DNA from: Amoebophrya sp. A120
Lineage: Eukaryota > Protista > Dinoflagellata
Direction: 5' to 3'
Assembly: GCA_905178155.1 (NCBI GenBank)
Contig: CAJINV010000020.1
Coordinates: forward strand, 1,250,016 to 1,314,015
DNA: 64,000 bases
The translations under genes and the position numbers were made by a program. Under the pieces are notes generated by a model that was not told the origin of the DNA, did not search any database, and saw only the letters and a list, made by a program, of their open reading frames with translations. Shown here one piece after another: positions 1 through 12,300 of the stretch; within the stretch, counting starts at the first letter, position 1, and each line of letters starts with the position of its first letter.

Positions 1-70
1 AAAAAGAAACGACGTAGGTATAGGTAAGACTAGTACTGAAATAAAAGCTCATACATCATTGAAGAAAAAA

Positions 71-3000
71 TCAGATACATCCAGCATGGTCTGGTTCGTC
101 GCGCAGGATTAAAGTCGAGGAGAGATAATCTTCTTCCACAAAGTCGCTATCGTCGTCGTCACTAAGAGCACGGTTCAATTTATTTCCCCTGCTCGTCGAC
201 GCTCTAGTACCCCTTTTATTACTCGGCGCCGCCACCGCCACTTTGCGAATGCGAGACGGCTCGCCCGGGCTGCCTTCAGAAGTGAGATTTTGATGGGCAG
301 AAGTCATGATGTTTTCCGTCGTTGGAAGATTCATCTCGTCCGGCCCTCCTGCGACCCTTTTTGCTTGACCTCTCGCTAATAATCCTCGCGGTGGACGGTC
401 GAAAGACAGAAGACCCGGAGGTTGTACTGGCCCGGTTTTCTTGCTGCTCGTTGTTGAACCTGTCGAAGTAACTGGAGCTCGAAGATGATCTCCATTTATC
501 ACAGAAGGAGGTCCGGTGGTGCTCTGCAAGGGCAAGGCTGAGGATCCGAAAAGAGATGACGTCGTGGTCGACGACGAGGACCCCATCGCTAGTTGTAAAG
601 AGCTTGTGCTGTTCTTGTACGAGGATGTCACCGTTGTGCCACTGTTTATTTCTTGCGGATTTTTTTCCTGAAAACAATCGAATGGGGTTTTCGATCCCAG
701 CACCTCGCGCATCTTCGCTGCGGAGTTCGACGCTTTCGTTGCGTAGTATCCGGTTCGAGATCTGGTTTTTCCCAAGGAATTCGTGATCAGTTGCCCATTC
801 GGGCCGAATTTCGATGGCGAGCTAGAATTCGATAAGGAGTTTCGCTGCGGCGATAGAATCACCAGAGCTGGGGAATGCGAAGTTGTGAAATAATCGCTAC
901 TGCCTCTGCCACTGCTGTGCCGGGAACGGGATGGGGGCTGCAGTAAGGAAGTGCGGCGGCTGATGATTTTTGTTTGTGGGGAAGCCAAAGGGCTCGCGGA
1001 ACAAACGGATTTTGCAGTGCCTTGAGGAGGTGGGGAAGAAGCCGCCAATTGTGTAGTTGAGCCGCGCTCCTTCTGTGTAGTAATCACTGGTCCACCACCA
1101 GGTGGTCCATCTGCTCCAAGATGAACTGTAGAAGAACTACTGGCCGCACCGAGAAGCAGTGCGCCGGAGTTCGCCGCCAGCGTGCTGGCTTTCGCACTCG
1201 GAGGTGGGTACGTCACATTCGGTCCGAAAACAAGCACGTTCGGAGAGGGAGGGGCAAGATTCTTGGAAGAAGCACAACTAGACATCGATGGCTGTAAAGA
1301 ATACCCAGCCGGCGGCCCGGCAGCTGTAGCGTTCACACTTTGCGGCAGCTTCACTTCCGAGATCGCTGTTGTAAACAGGTTCTCGTAGAAAGATTGGTCC
1401 TCTTCGCCAGGAGAATCTTGTTGTTCTAATTCAGCACCTGAGAAGATGGAAGTAGCACAACGAATCTCCTTGTCCGCAGTTGACCTTGCAGCTGCGCCGC
1501 CAACTAGTACAGTGGCACCTTGATGCTGCTCCACGACCTCCGCAGCAGGTGGTCTATCAGAGATGAAAGATGCAGGAGGAACTACTTCTGGCTGTGGCTC
1601 CTTTATTCGTTTCTCCACTTTGACCCCCACCGCCCTTGCAAATTTCTCAAACATCGCCTCCGCCGACCTCGCAATTTCCTTTTCATTCTCCGCGTCAACT
1701 GTATGGCATTCTCAAGTGTTACATTCTCAACTGTTACATGAGTTTGTAATGCAAGAATGGCAAAAATGCAATGGTGAAGATTGCGCCTTTTGCATTACAG
1801 GTTCGGCACAGATTTAGATGCTGTTTAGCCCTACTTTGGAAATTTGTCATGAGAAGCAGCTTGGTGATAGTGATACGGATGAGAGTTCTGCATGACAAAT
1901 CATGCAACAGTTAAGAATGTAACAGTTGAGAACGCCATAAACTGTCCAAAAGTCGTCGAAGCCTTCGTTTCTCCAGTCCGGCGGCTCAAAAGCGGACTCA
2001 AACCCGTTGACGATCCCCTTTGCCTTCGCCAAACTCGCATTTCGGATGGTCGCGTGGTTCTCGCGCTGCATGATCCGAAACACGCACAGTCTGGCACTCA
2101 TCTGCAGGTAAACACAGTGCAAGTGCAGGGTTGGCGGGGAAGATGACGGCAAGGAGGAAGTTGATATTAATACCGCGGATGAATCGTTTTTGTTCTTTGC
2201 GTTGTTCCTGTGATCTGCTATCAGCTGTGCCTTCATGGCGTCGATGAGGCCGTTGGCTTCCCGGACCCAGTGGGCCCGTTGCCCGGGGTCGACATTGGTG
2301 CGATCGATGATCACGTTGCAGCCTGGCTTTCCGGAGCCGTACGCAATTCCGACCGCGCGTCGCATCTTTTTGATGCATGCCTCGCGGGACTTTAGCTCGT
2401 CCTGGCAAATGACGTGGCAAAAATCGTTTGGTATTTCATTTACCTGCTCGAGTATAATTTGTGCGGAGCTCGAGCTTGTTTTCTTTTTCTTCTTACCACC
2501 AGTAGTGCCTGATTGTTGCGCCGTAGAAGTAGATGAAGGCGAACTACAACACAGCTGCGAAAACGTGCTTTTCCCCGACCCGGGCAACCCCACTAAAACG
2601 ACGACGTTCAGGTGAAAGGGGTTCTGAGCAAAGATTTCTATTCTCTCGCCCTGCTCTTCCGCAAATTTCGCGAGGTTCAGCATACTTCTCTCCCGGTCCC
2701 GGTTTGCGAAGCTCATCAGCTCTAGCCTAGCGGCGCTGGCCACCGATTCGGCGTATTTCGGTGGGTTTTGCTTCAACCTCGCCGTCTCCCGGGATGACAA
2801 AGTGGAGGTAAAAGATGCTGTAGGGGGAAGAGTTGCGTTTGGGTCTGTCCCTGTCAGGTCCAGCAGGCTCGTCCCAACAGCACTCCTCGCCCCGAACAAA
2901 CCGCTGCTGCCGTGGAAGCTGCGCACCTCGCCGTCCATGTAGCGCGGACCGTCCTCCGGCTCGTGGGGGCTCTGCTCGTTGAGAAGTTCTTCCAATTCGA

Positions 3001-5391
3001 AGTCCGAATGCAAATCTTCATCATCCAGCCATGGCTCTTCTTCGTCTGGATTGTCCTCGTGTGGTTCCTCCTCGGAAATCCGGCCCAGAAGTTTGTTGTT
3101 CTTTTGCTTTTTCAAGTCCGGCTGAGGAACCAGACTCGTCCGCAGAGAATCGACAACAGGGACTTTTCTTCTGGACCGAAAGGTGAGCCGCATGTTCCGG
3201 ATGCCGTTGCTGAATTCGGAGGTTTCGGGCCCTCGCGGACTGGAGTTGTAATTCTGATGAAAGAACCGGTCTTGGTCCGCCTCCGCTAAGTCAGCACTCG
3301 AGGATAATGCGGCTTTGGTCTCATCCACTACTTGGGTTGCAGCAGCCGCGGGAAGCTGCAACACGGTTCCGATGTGCGGATCCGTGACTAGGATCTGAGT
3401 GGCCTCCTTGACAACTTGATCTAATAACGACCGCCGGGCGTGAATCTGCACCGTGACGACAATTTTCTCCGTTCTCAAGTCGTATCTCCATTTATCCTTC
3501 AGCACCACGTGCGCCACCCCGCGCCACTCTTTACTTAGTCTTTCAATCGCCTTCTCTGCGGAAGCGATGCGGATAAAGTTCTTAGCCGTGAGGGATTCTC
3601 CTCTATTCTGCGCCGCGCGCGTGTTTGGCGTTACGGGAAATTCGTCCGAGGGAGTGCAGATCTCCTCTGGTTTCTGCTCCAACTCGACCGAGAAATCCAG
3701 CGCCACGGCGGTTAACGGCTCCACGGTCAGGATGGTTTCGTGCGCCTTGCCATAAACCTCAAAAAGATGAAACGGGTCGGTCGATAGCTCCAGACCGCCC
3801 TCCTCCCGCTTGAAGCTGATCGGCTGCGGGGACGGGCCGTGGGACTTGCTGGCTTTTTTCCTGTTTGACGGCGAGGATGCGAAGTTTTGGCTGTTCGAGG
3901 ATTTCGTTGGCGACCTGTACCGGGGACGAATGCCCGTAATCACGTCCCCCTGGTTCAGGTGCTGGATCCACGCAGGGCCGAGGCGCTTTTGCTTTTCACC
4001 GTCGGAAGTGGCCGCTAGCCTGCTAGTACTACTTCCACCAACAGCTGCTGTGTGGTCCTTATCCTGCTGCACAATGGCCACATTCAACCTTTTCACTGCT
4101 AACCCCACGGATGTTCGCCACAGGTATTTTCGCATCTGCGCCGCGGGGCGTTTCTTGTTGGGAGACCGGGAGCGGGATCGTGTACTAGGGGAAGTAGTAG
4201 ACACATGATGATCAGTGGCTGCTCTTATTTTGGTGCCGTCAGGATGATGCTCTTCTTCTTCCTCCTCTACCTCCTCCTCGAACCCTTCAAACAAAATCGA
4301 TTTCTCGTGCGCCACGCAGGCTGGAACTGCGATGCCGTGGTCAAGACGCGAGGGAGCTCTTCTCGCACGACCCGCAGGTGGAACAACTTCTTCTTGTCCA
4401 CCGGCTTGAAGTAGATTGAGATTCTTACCTTGCGATAATGAACTATCAATCTTCTCGACCTCGTCCCGGATTTGCTGCAAAGAGTTTTGCAACCGCTTCG
4501 TCATTTCCTCGACGAAGGATTCGTGGTACTCTAGAACTGTTTCGTCTTCCTCATCGTCTTCCAACGCCTTCAAGTGCAGCTGAGCGGCGGTCAGGTTGAC
4601 AGCTCCCGGTGGACTGCTTGTCTCAAGCGCAACATTCTTATTCAGCGCTCGTACATCTTCTATGTGCAAGTTTTTCACCTGCAGACTGGTGTATCCTATC
4701 TGCGTGAGCACGTCGCCGACTTCCAGCCCCGTTTTCTCCCTTTCCACTTCGGTGACAAGAAAGCCTTCCCCCGGGACAGCCTCCATGTCGATATAACAGT
4801 GCACAACTCCCCCTGCCCCTCATTTGTATAGCATGAACGGCAATCGCAATAGAAGCATCAACACCAATGCTGGTTTTGCATGACAAATTTGCCCTGGAGC
4901 ATGGTGCTATTTGGGCTACCAGAACTTGTCATGCAAACAGTGCCAAGAGGCAAGCGGTGGCTTGGGTATTTTGCATCACAAATGAGGAGGAGGGGGAGTT
5001 GTGCACTGTCATAGTCGACACCGAGTGTGCAGTCGCGGTCGAGGAGGAGGGAGATTTGCAGGGACTTTTCGTCGTATACTTCGATACTGTTCAACATCTG
5101 CTGGGTAGACTCGTTTCCTCTTTCTGGAGCTTGTTGTACTCGAGCACCGTGTTGTGGTGCCACGCCCAGGTCCGCCTCGGCGTAGTTCCAGAGCTGAAAC
5201 GGAGAGGGGAGGTCCTGCGTTTGTTCCTGAAGTCCTTGATGTTCGCCTTCATCGTCAACCGAACAACCGGCTACAAGTCCTTCTGTAGCTCGGCCTGGAG
5301 TGATGTCCCCCATGACCCCCGGGGGGAAGGCTGGGAGGAACATTCCCGGATCTTGATAGTACGCACTGTCTCCGCCGGTTGGGGTGTTCAT
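71..5391 (-). CDS. Large protein (~1616 aa) with an N-terminal PDZ-like segment, a P-loop kinase domain (AAA_33 / polynucleotide-kinase-like) and a Ser-rich tail; 3 exons
   Basis: ORFs 4858-5391, 1847-4804 and 71-1654 fuse in frame when IR inserts 4792-5013 and 1702-1939 (each +5 bp DR) are removed, giving LGVD|MEAVPGEGFLVTEV and FWTV|DAENEKEIARSAEAMFEK. Motifs: VVLVGLPGSGKSTF, ICQDEL, VIIDRTN, RENHATI, FEPP..EGFD. Confidence 0.8.
1702..1939. mobile_element. Inverted-repeat introner / MITE-like non-canonical intron (family F)
   Basis: ~34-bp TIR (tatggcattctcaagtgttacattctcaactgtt vs reverse complement tatggcgttctcaactgttacattcttaactgtt). DR aactg at 1697-1701 and 1940-1944. Removing 243 bp restores the ORF. 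Confidence 0.9.
4792..5013. mobile_element. Inverted-repeat introner (family A)
   Basis: ~36-bp TIR tat(a/g)acagtgcacaactccccct..cctcatttgt. DR gtcga at 4787-4791 and 5014-5018. Removing 227 bp repairs a frameshift. Homologous to 61572-61794. Confidence 0.92.
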
Positions 5392-6253
5392 CTTGTCGGC
5401 TGTTTAGGCCACGTTATTTTTTCGATTTAGGATTTTTGTAGTAGGGGGTAGTAAATGATCGCGAATGAGTCATGGTCGACGCAGGTATTTCTTGATAGGT
5501 AAATCTAAATCGAAAAGATCACTTTTTCCACAGGAGATGCATGCCAGTTATAGCACAGGACAGCACTAATAAAGAGATGAATTTCTAAAAAGCCAAACAC
5601 TCTTCAGTGTCCTCCCTTTAAAAAATCTCTAAAATAGATCGTGGTCGCTGTCGCCTATAACGTGAAGAATGATCGACAAATGAATACGGACACTTCTCAG
5701 TGTGTTAGTCTATGTTTATGTAGCGCTTTATTTCATCCCTATTGCAGGTGGGAAATGCTACTGAAATCCAACGTAGAAACGGTATACAGGTTGCACAGCT
5801 GGGTCTGTGTGCGTAAGCTTGAAAATAGTGATCTTGCTACACCAGTAGATCGCGTTGCGTAGTGGATCTGAAGCAGGTACCAAGTGAGTACAGGCAAAAA
5901 AGCAAGATCCTGATCTTCGTTCAAATCTTGTTCCCGCACAGGGAGCTAGTAGAGCAGGTCACTGATGGAAGATCTTCTGTCACAATCGTCAAAAAACAAG
6001 ACGAGTACGAGCTTCTTTGATAGCCTGTCAAGACTTCAAAAAACAAAAACAAAAAGTCCAGAAGATGATGAACACACCACAAACAAATTAGCAGCGCCAC
6101 GGTCGCTTTCCTCTCCATGTGGATCCGAAGATGACAATTTGGATATCCTTGTTTGCTTCCTAGCACAGCACATGTTGCAAAATACCATTGACTTGAGGTT
6201 CTGACGAATGAAAGAAAGCCACCCCGCCCGCTATAAGCGAAAACAACGCTCTT

Positions 6254-7849
6254 TCACCCCAGCATCAAACTCCTCTGCACGAACTTGTTCGCCTTCTGCT
6301 TCCGGTTTGCCTTTTTCCGCACCCGTAACAAAGCCGCGCGGTTGGACTCCGGCGGCAACTCGCCCATGTTTCTCCTGTGGAAGGACTGCATCCTTTCGGA
6401 GACGGCGGACGTGACCTGCGTGGACCGGAGACTGCTGACGGACTTCTCCGGCACGACAGACTGCTCCACGAAGCGGTTGCGACCGATCTTCTTCGGCTTC
6501 AAGACGATGCCTGTTTTGGTTTTATGATTATGCTGGAAAAGTTTCAGTATAGATGATCATGACAGGCTGCTCTACTTCTGCCAGTGATTGCTCACAAGAA
6601 CTACACCTCAGTTTTTTTTTACGAACAAGGGCCAGAAAGACCTGCGATTCAAACGAAAAGGGAACATTAGTAAACGTAAAAAATCACTACCTTTTTCCTC
6701 GAGTTTCACGTTTTCTTGTTTCGCGTCCTCGATGAAAGCCTTCTGCTCCTCCTTCGCCTTGTCGTCCTTCACCATTTCGCGCATCATGTTCGGAATTTGC
6801 CCGATCGATTTTTCCAGCAGTTTCTGCCGCTTCTTGGCGGTCAACTCCAGATCCATATTTTTTACCCGTTCCTCCTTGTTCCGCTGCGTCTTCGTCTTGC
6901 GCTCGTCCCGCTGCAGCTTCTTCTTGTCGCTGTTTGATGGAGTCTTTTTCGTCCCCTTATTTGCCCCGGTTGCAGCAGCTTCCTCGTCCTCGTTTTCCTC
7001 CTCAAGAACCGTATCCATGTCCAATTTGTGGTCTTCCTTCATCAACCTCTTGTACTCCTTCAACTTCTCCAAATCGCTCATCTGCAGCAATTCCTCCTTC
7101 GTATACGCGTCCAGCAACCGCATGGTCATCGGTTTTTTTGCCCGAAGGTCCTTCATCTGCTCCTCTTCGTTCTTCAAATGCTCTTCCGCGACGATCTCGT
7201 CCAGTTTCGTTTCGAAAATCTCTTCACCCGGGTTCATCGACAACCCGTGGTCGGGGAGCACGGTTGCGGGAGCTAGGGAAGTTTTCTGCCCGAGGGTTTG
7301 CGGCTTCGATTTCGGGCGCAGCACCGCTTCGCTGTTCACCTTCCGGAATTTCAGGTTGTTGTTGGTGAGGAGTGGTTTGAGATTTTTGTCCTTGATCAGC
7401 AGCTCCGAGTCCGTTTTCTTCTTGTCCGCATCCTGTTCCAAAGTCGTCGCCCACAGGTCGAAAGCGTGCTTCTCGCCCGCCTTCTTGTGGTGGAGTTCTA
7501 GTTGCTTGCCCTTGTGCGCTGGAATATTTGCAGTTTTGTCGTTGCTCTTCTGCACAGAAGCTTTCTTCTCGTGTTTCAGCCGGTTCTCCTCGCGTTTCCT
7601 CGTCTTTTCAATTTTTGCGAGTTCGTAGTTGGACAATTTACTTAAATTCTTTTGCTTCTTCTCCAAGTCGGTTTTTCTCCGGATTTTTCTCGGCAAATTC
7701 TTCGTACTTCCGACCGTGTCGAGAACGAAGAGTTTTCCGGTCGCGAGCTTCTCCTGAGCGGCTCTCTGCTCGTTTTTCCGCTCCAGATTCTTCACGGCGT
7801 CGCTCACGTCGATCTTGCGAGCCCGGGACTTCGCGTTCTTCTTCACCAT
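6254..7849 (-). CDS. NOP53: Ribosome biogenesis protein NOP53 (GLTSCR2 family), ~471 aa, one GT-AG intron 6511-6690
   Basis: N-terminal RKIDVSD and LFVLDTVG (arch-interaction-like motif), basic coiled coil, C-terminal IGRNRF..SSLR..ERMQSFHRRNMGE. The 180-bp canonical intron joins EEKG|IVLKPKKIG. Confidence 0.85.
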
Positions 7850-9397
7850 GATCTTGGTTTTTAGCGAGGTTCTGCAATGAAAAAGGAAAAGTAGATTATT
7901 GAGCTGCTAGTGCTAGGTCGTGCAACGAGTCTTGTGAAGCAATCTTTTCACTACTTGACTCTATGTTGAATAATTGTCGTCCTGAGAAAACTCGTCGATG
8001 CGTCAGCACATTTTAACCATTGGAAAATAACGAAGAGAATTGCAACTGTTCAATCTTCTCATTTCTGACTTTCTCAAACAGGAGAACTACTCAGGATCTA
8101 CTTCATTAAGTAGAAGACCACGCATGATTTCATTGTTGCAACACATCAGAGAGCGGCAAACGAGCTCATTATGGGATCATCTGGCATGTACTGTTGATCC
8201 TGATTTTTCACTTCCAACACAACTTTTTTGTTCTATAAAGCGATCTTTCATCTCCATTTGTTCGAACTTCAACATCCAATTACAATGAAGAGTGTGACCA
8301 TAGCTATTGATCGAGACAAATCAGAGCGTGTCGTGTTTGTCTTTGCTTTTCAGTTTCTGAAGGCCGGATGTTGATCATGGAGTTGTTTGATTGTTGATCA
8401 TATATCCGTTTCACAAAAATGAACAAAAGCAGCAATGGATGCCAGAAGAACACTGGGCGCGCACGAAATCTCGTTCGCCAGGAAACGCATGCGTCCACAT
8501 GTTTTGCTCTTGCTTCTGTTTTTGTCGCCAGGGAACCTGATATCATCGAATCACAGGTTATTTCTGAATCTTAGCTCAGAGGGTAGGGGTTCGTCGTGTG
8601 AATTCGCTCGGAAAAGCAGAGACGTAGCTCTGCTAAAATAGGGTCATCAATCCGCCTTGCCTTGGTTGATGTCGTTGTGGTAGGCAATACAAGGGGTACT
8701 AGGGTGATCCAAATTGAATACTTTTTGTTCGCAAAATGTAACTTGAAGATTTGATTACTGGTTGTCTTGTTGACGGAAGTCAAAACTCAACTCTTTTGCA
8801 GTTCTGCAATTGTTGACAATGGAGACGATACTCGACAAGTGTGAGTTCGCAGGAACCGAACTACAAGACCGCTTGAAAAAAGTAGAATGTGAGGGACAAA
8901 CAGTTTAAAGATGAGACCATGCTGCTCCTTGTGCAGACCTAACTTCTCGACGATTGGTGGAATAAAGTGTCGTAGTCGCTTATTTTTTGAAATCTCGTTT
9001 TATTTTCTGTCTACAGTTTCTGTACGGTACGGGAGAGACACAGGAGTCCACCATGTTGATACAAGCAGCTAGCACACGCCACAGTAGCTTGCTCTTGTCA
9101 ACATGATAACTACCGAAGCGACGCACTATTTCTGTTCGTCACCCAAGTACACACATGTTATGAAACACAATGGACTTGAAAATGAAAAAAATTGCGCACA
9201 TACCGGGCTCGGATCGTTAAACACATTCTGCCTCATCACATTAAACCTGAGCGCTCTACTTGAAGTCTTACGGTGAATTCACATGGCTGCCGCGTCTCTA
9301 CGTACTGCCTATCAAACAATAACAAGCTGAGCTTCTACACAAGAATAAAGGAAGGATCACCTCTACAGTTTCACTTTCGTCATTTGCTCCGCCTCTG

Positions 9398-12300
9398 TCA
9401 CCAGTGCCGCGCCCGTTTGGCCGGTGGACTGGCACGCGCGGAGCCCTGGCTCTGCTGTGATTGATTTTGGTTTCGCTCCTCCAACAGGTAATTGGTCACA
9501 CCCTCATCATTGTACTCAAAGAGCACTAACGCCTCATGAATTTGTCTCGTCGTGGGCCATCCTTTCCCGTCATCCAACGTCGACTGAATTTGGCTGATCT
9601 GAGCCTGTTCAGTCTCCGAAAGATTTGCCACCCACGTCTGCTCATCTTCCAAGAGCAAATGGTTTATTGCTGCAACAGAATTACTTGAAGCAGGGAGCGC
9701 TCTACTACTTGCCGAGGAAGACAAAGCTGCGGCGTGGTTTTGATTTTGGTTGAAAATGTTCCCACTCACATTCTGACTTGGCAGGAGTTGCTCCTCTTTC
9801 CGCAACCGAGCATGCGGATTCGCAAGCTCGCCGAAAGCGAAATCGTCAGTAGTTTGCTGCGTATTCCCTGGGTAGCCGAAGGGACGATTCGTACTCGATG
9901 AAGACAAGCCATGCGACATCACTGGAGAGGCGGCCTTGTACAACAAGCTGCTGCTTCGGAACGGATCGCTTGTGGGCGCGGCACTCCTCGTTGCACCATC
10001 GCCAAAATTCATTTTTCCTGGCTGGTCGCTACTGTCGCTCCTGCCCCGATCACTCGCTGCCGCAAGCTTCATCGGGGGCGGTAGAGCTGCACCAACAGCG
10101 CTTTCTCCTTGCTTATCGGCATCCGAATCCGTTAATCCACAGAAAAAAACCCATCCACATCCATTTTTTGCATGACAAACACAGAATTTTATGCATGTTT
10201 TGCATGACAAATTCGATGTGGACGGGTGTTTTTTCCTGGATACCGTTGTAAGGATCGTGACTTGCTTGTCCTCCTCGTCCATTTCCACCTCCGAGTCCGA
10301 GAGTAAGTCGATGACCTCCCGCTCATTTTTTACTACTCCAGGCACAACAAGACTGTTCCCTGTACTCGCACGGCGGTTGCTGGCGCTGATGATGCAAATG
10401 TCGTTGTTCCTTTGCTCCTGACTTTCGGTGACCATCATCTGCAATGACTGCGACTGACTTTCGCGCCAATTTTCCAGATCCCGCTCCTGGGACTCGTTGT
10501 CTTCGGTAATGGTGTCCACCGCCCGCTGGAGCTCCCAGTTGTGATCCTCGAGAGACTGTTCTGCATCTTCGGGAGAAATGTCCTGCTCTTGAAAAATCTC
10601 CAGCAGCATCGCGATGTTCTGTTGTTTTTCTTGCTCCCATAGTGCGTGGAATTGGTTCATATTCTTATCCATATCGCCGTCAGTAGCTGTCAAAGCCGGC
10701 TTGTTGTTCGTGCTACTGCTGGATGAAGACGATGACGAAGAGCTGGACGCGCCAGCCGGGCCTGCGAGAATTCCGCCAAATGATGTGGAGGGCTGCTTGC
10801 TCGCAGAAAACGACGTCGTCGAGCTGCCACCGCTTCCTGCGCCAAGAGTAGAAGTCGCACCGGTGGTGGTGTTTTTGTTCAAATCTAAATTACCAACTTC
10901 GATCTCCATGTCGTCAAATGGATTCCAGTTTTCGTCCACCAAATAGCTCTCATCGTCCTTCTTGGTATCGACATCAAATGCGATTTTGTCTTTGTCTGCT
11001 TGATTTATTATCCCCGTGTGCAGCTGTCGATGCCGGTTCGCTTGGTCTAGAGTTGACGTACCTCGCACCGGTGCAGGGGCGCTGATGCTCTTTGTCACCA
11101 CGTCTCCAAACGGTAATGGAAGAGCTGGAACGGAAGACTCCTGTTGCTGCAGAGGAAGTTTCGAGGAAGACGAGGAACTAGCAGATGATGTCGCGGGTAG
11201 GAACTTCACAGGCTCGCTGACGGCGCGCCCGCCCAAATCCCGCTGGGCTCTCGAGAGCGTCGGGACAGATGGCGGAAGTGGTGCTGGCAGTCCCCCTCCC
11301 CTTTTCTCACGTTTCTGGTCCATATATGCAGAGTATTTCGCAGCGACTTCGTCGTAGAGCTCCTTATCATCGCCCACGAAGTGGTGCCTGCTGCAAACGC
11401 GGACCTTGGCTTTGTTTTTCATCGCCTCGTCCAGCTCAGCCTGAATCTGCAAGCGCGCAGCGGACGTCTTGGCATTGAGTAACCTCTGCTCTAGCTGCTT
11501 GATGTCTCTTTTCTTCACTGTCTGATTCCTGGCTCGCTCCTCGTCCAATTTCTGCTGCGCCAGCGCGCGTTTCTCGGCCGTCTTCGCGTTGTTTACTTGT
11601 TCCTGCAGCTTTTTCTCGGTGAGCTTCCCGCCGATGTTACCCGCCACCGGCTTTCCGTTGTTGGTATTTGGACACCAGACCAGGTGCTGTAGCCCGGTCC
11701 TGACATCACGGACCATCTTCGTGTCGCGTGCTGGCCCGAGTCGGGGGTGGGCGGTGACGGAGTTGTAGCGGAGGTCGTTCAGTAGGTGTTGCTTGCCCGC
11801 GAGTTCCGACACACGTGGGCCAATACCGTACCCCTGGAACTCGGGGAGCACCACCAACCTCTGCTCCTGCATCAAAAACTCCGACGCGTTGCCGACTAGT
11901 ACGGAAGTACACAAGAACCCGGCCGCCGTCTCCTCACGCAGACACTGCAGCAGCGGGTGGGCTTTGCGGGAGGCGACGCGGAGGAGAAAAAAATGTCCAT
12001 TGTTGGCCAACTTGCCGGACAGGTAGTGGTGGTTTTTAAATGCGCTGTCCCAGGCGGATTGGCCGACTTCCTTGTTTTCCATCCGGCGAAGCTCGAACCC
12101 AATCTGGACCGGAGAGAAAAGGCCCTCGACGTCCGTGGTGGTGAGGGAGGAAGAAGAAGAGCTGCTGCCGTTGTTGTTTCCTGGCGCAAATCCACCAGCA
12201 GCCGCGGCGCTCATGTTCCCGGCCCGTACCGGCGTCGGCGGGTCCCGCGATTTCATCTGTTGCGGCTCCACCGCTAATATGCTGACTTTCCCGGTCAGCG

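Noticed and set aside
5965-6204. Plus-strand 79-aa ORF
   Set aside because: Short, no motif, lies antisense to the expected NOP53 3' UTR.
6588-7628. 346-aa plus-strand ORF
   Set aside because: Antisense shadow of the Lys/Glu-rich NOP53 frame; Phe/Ser-rich with no domain.
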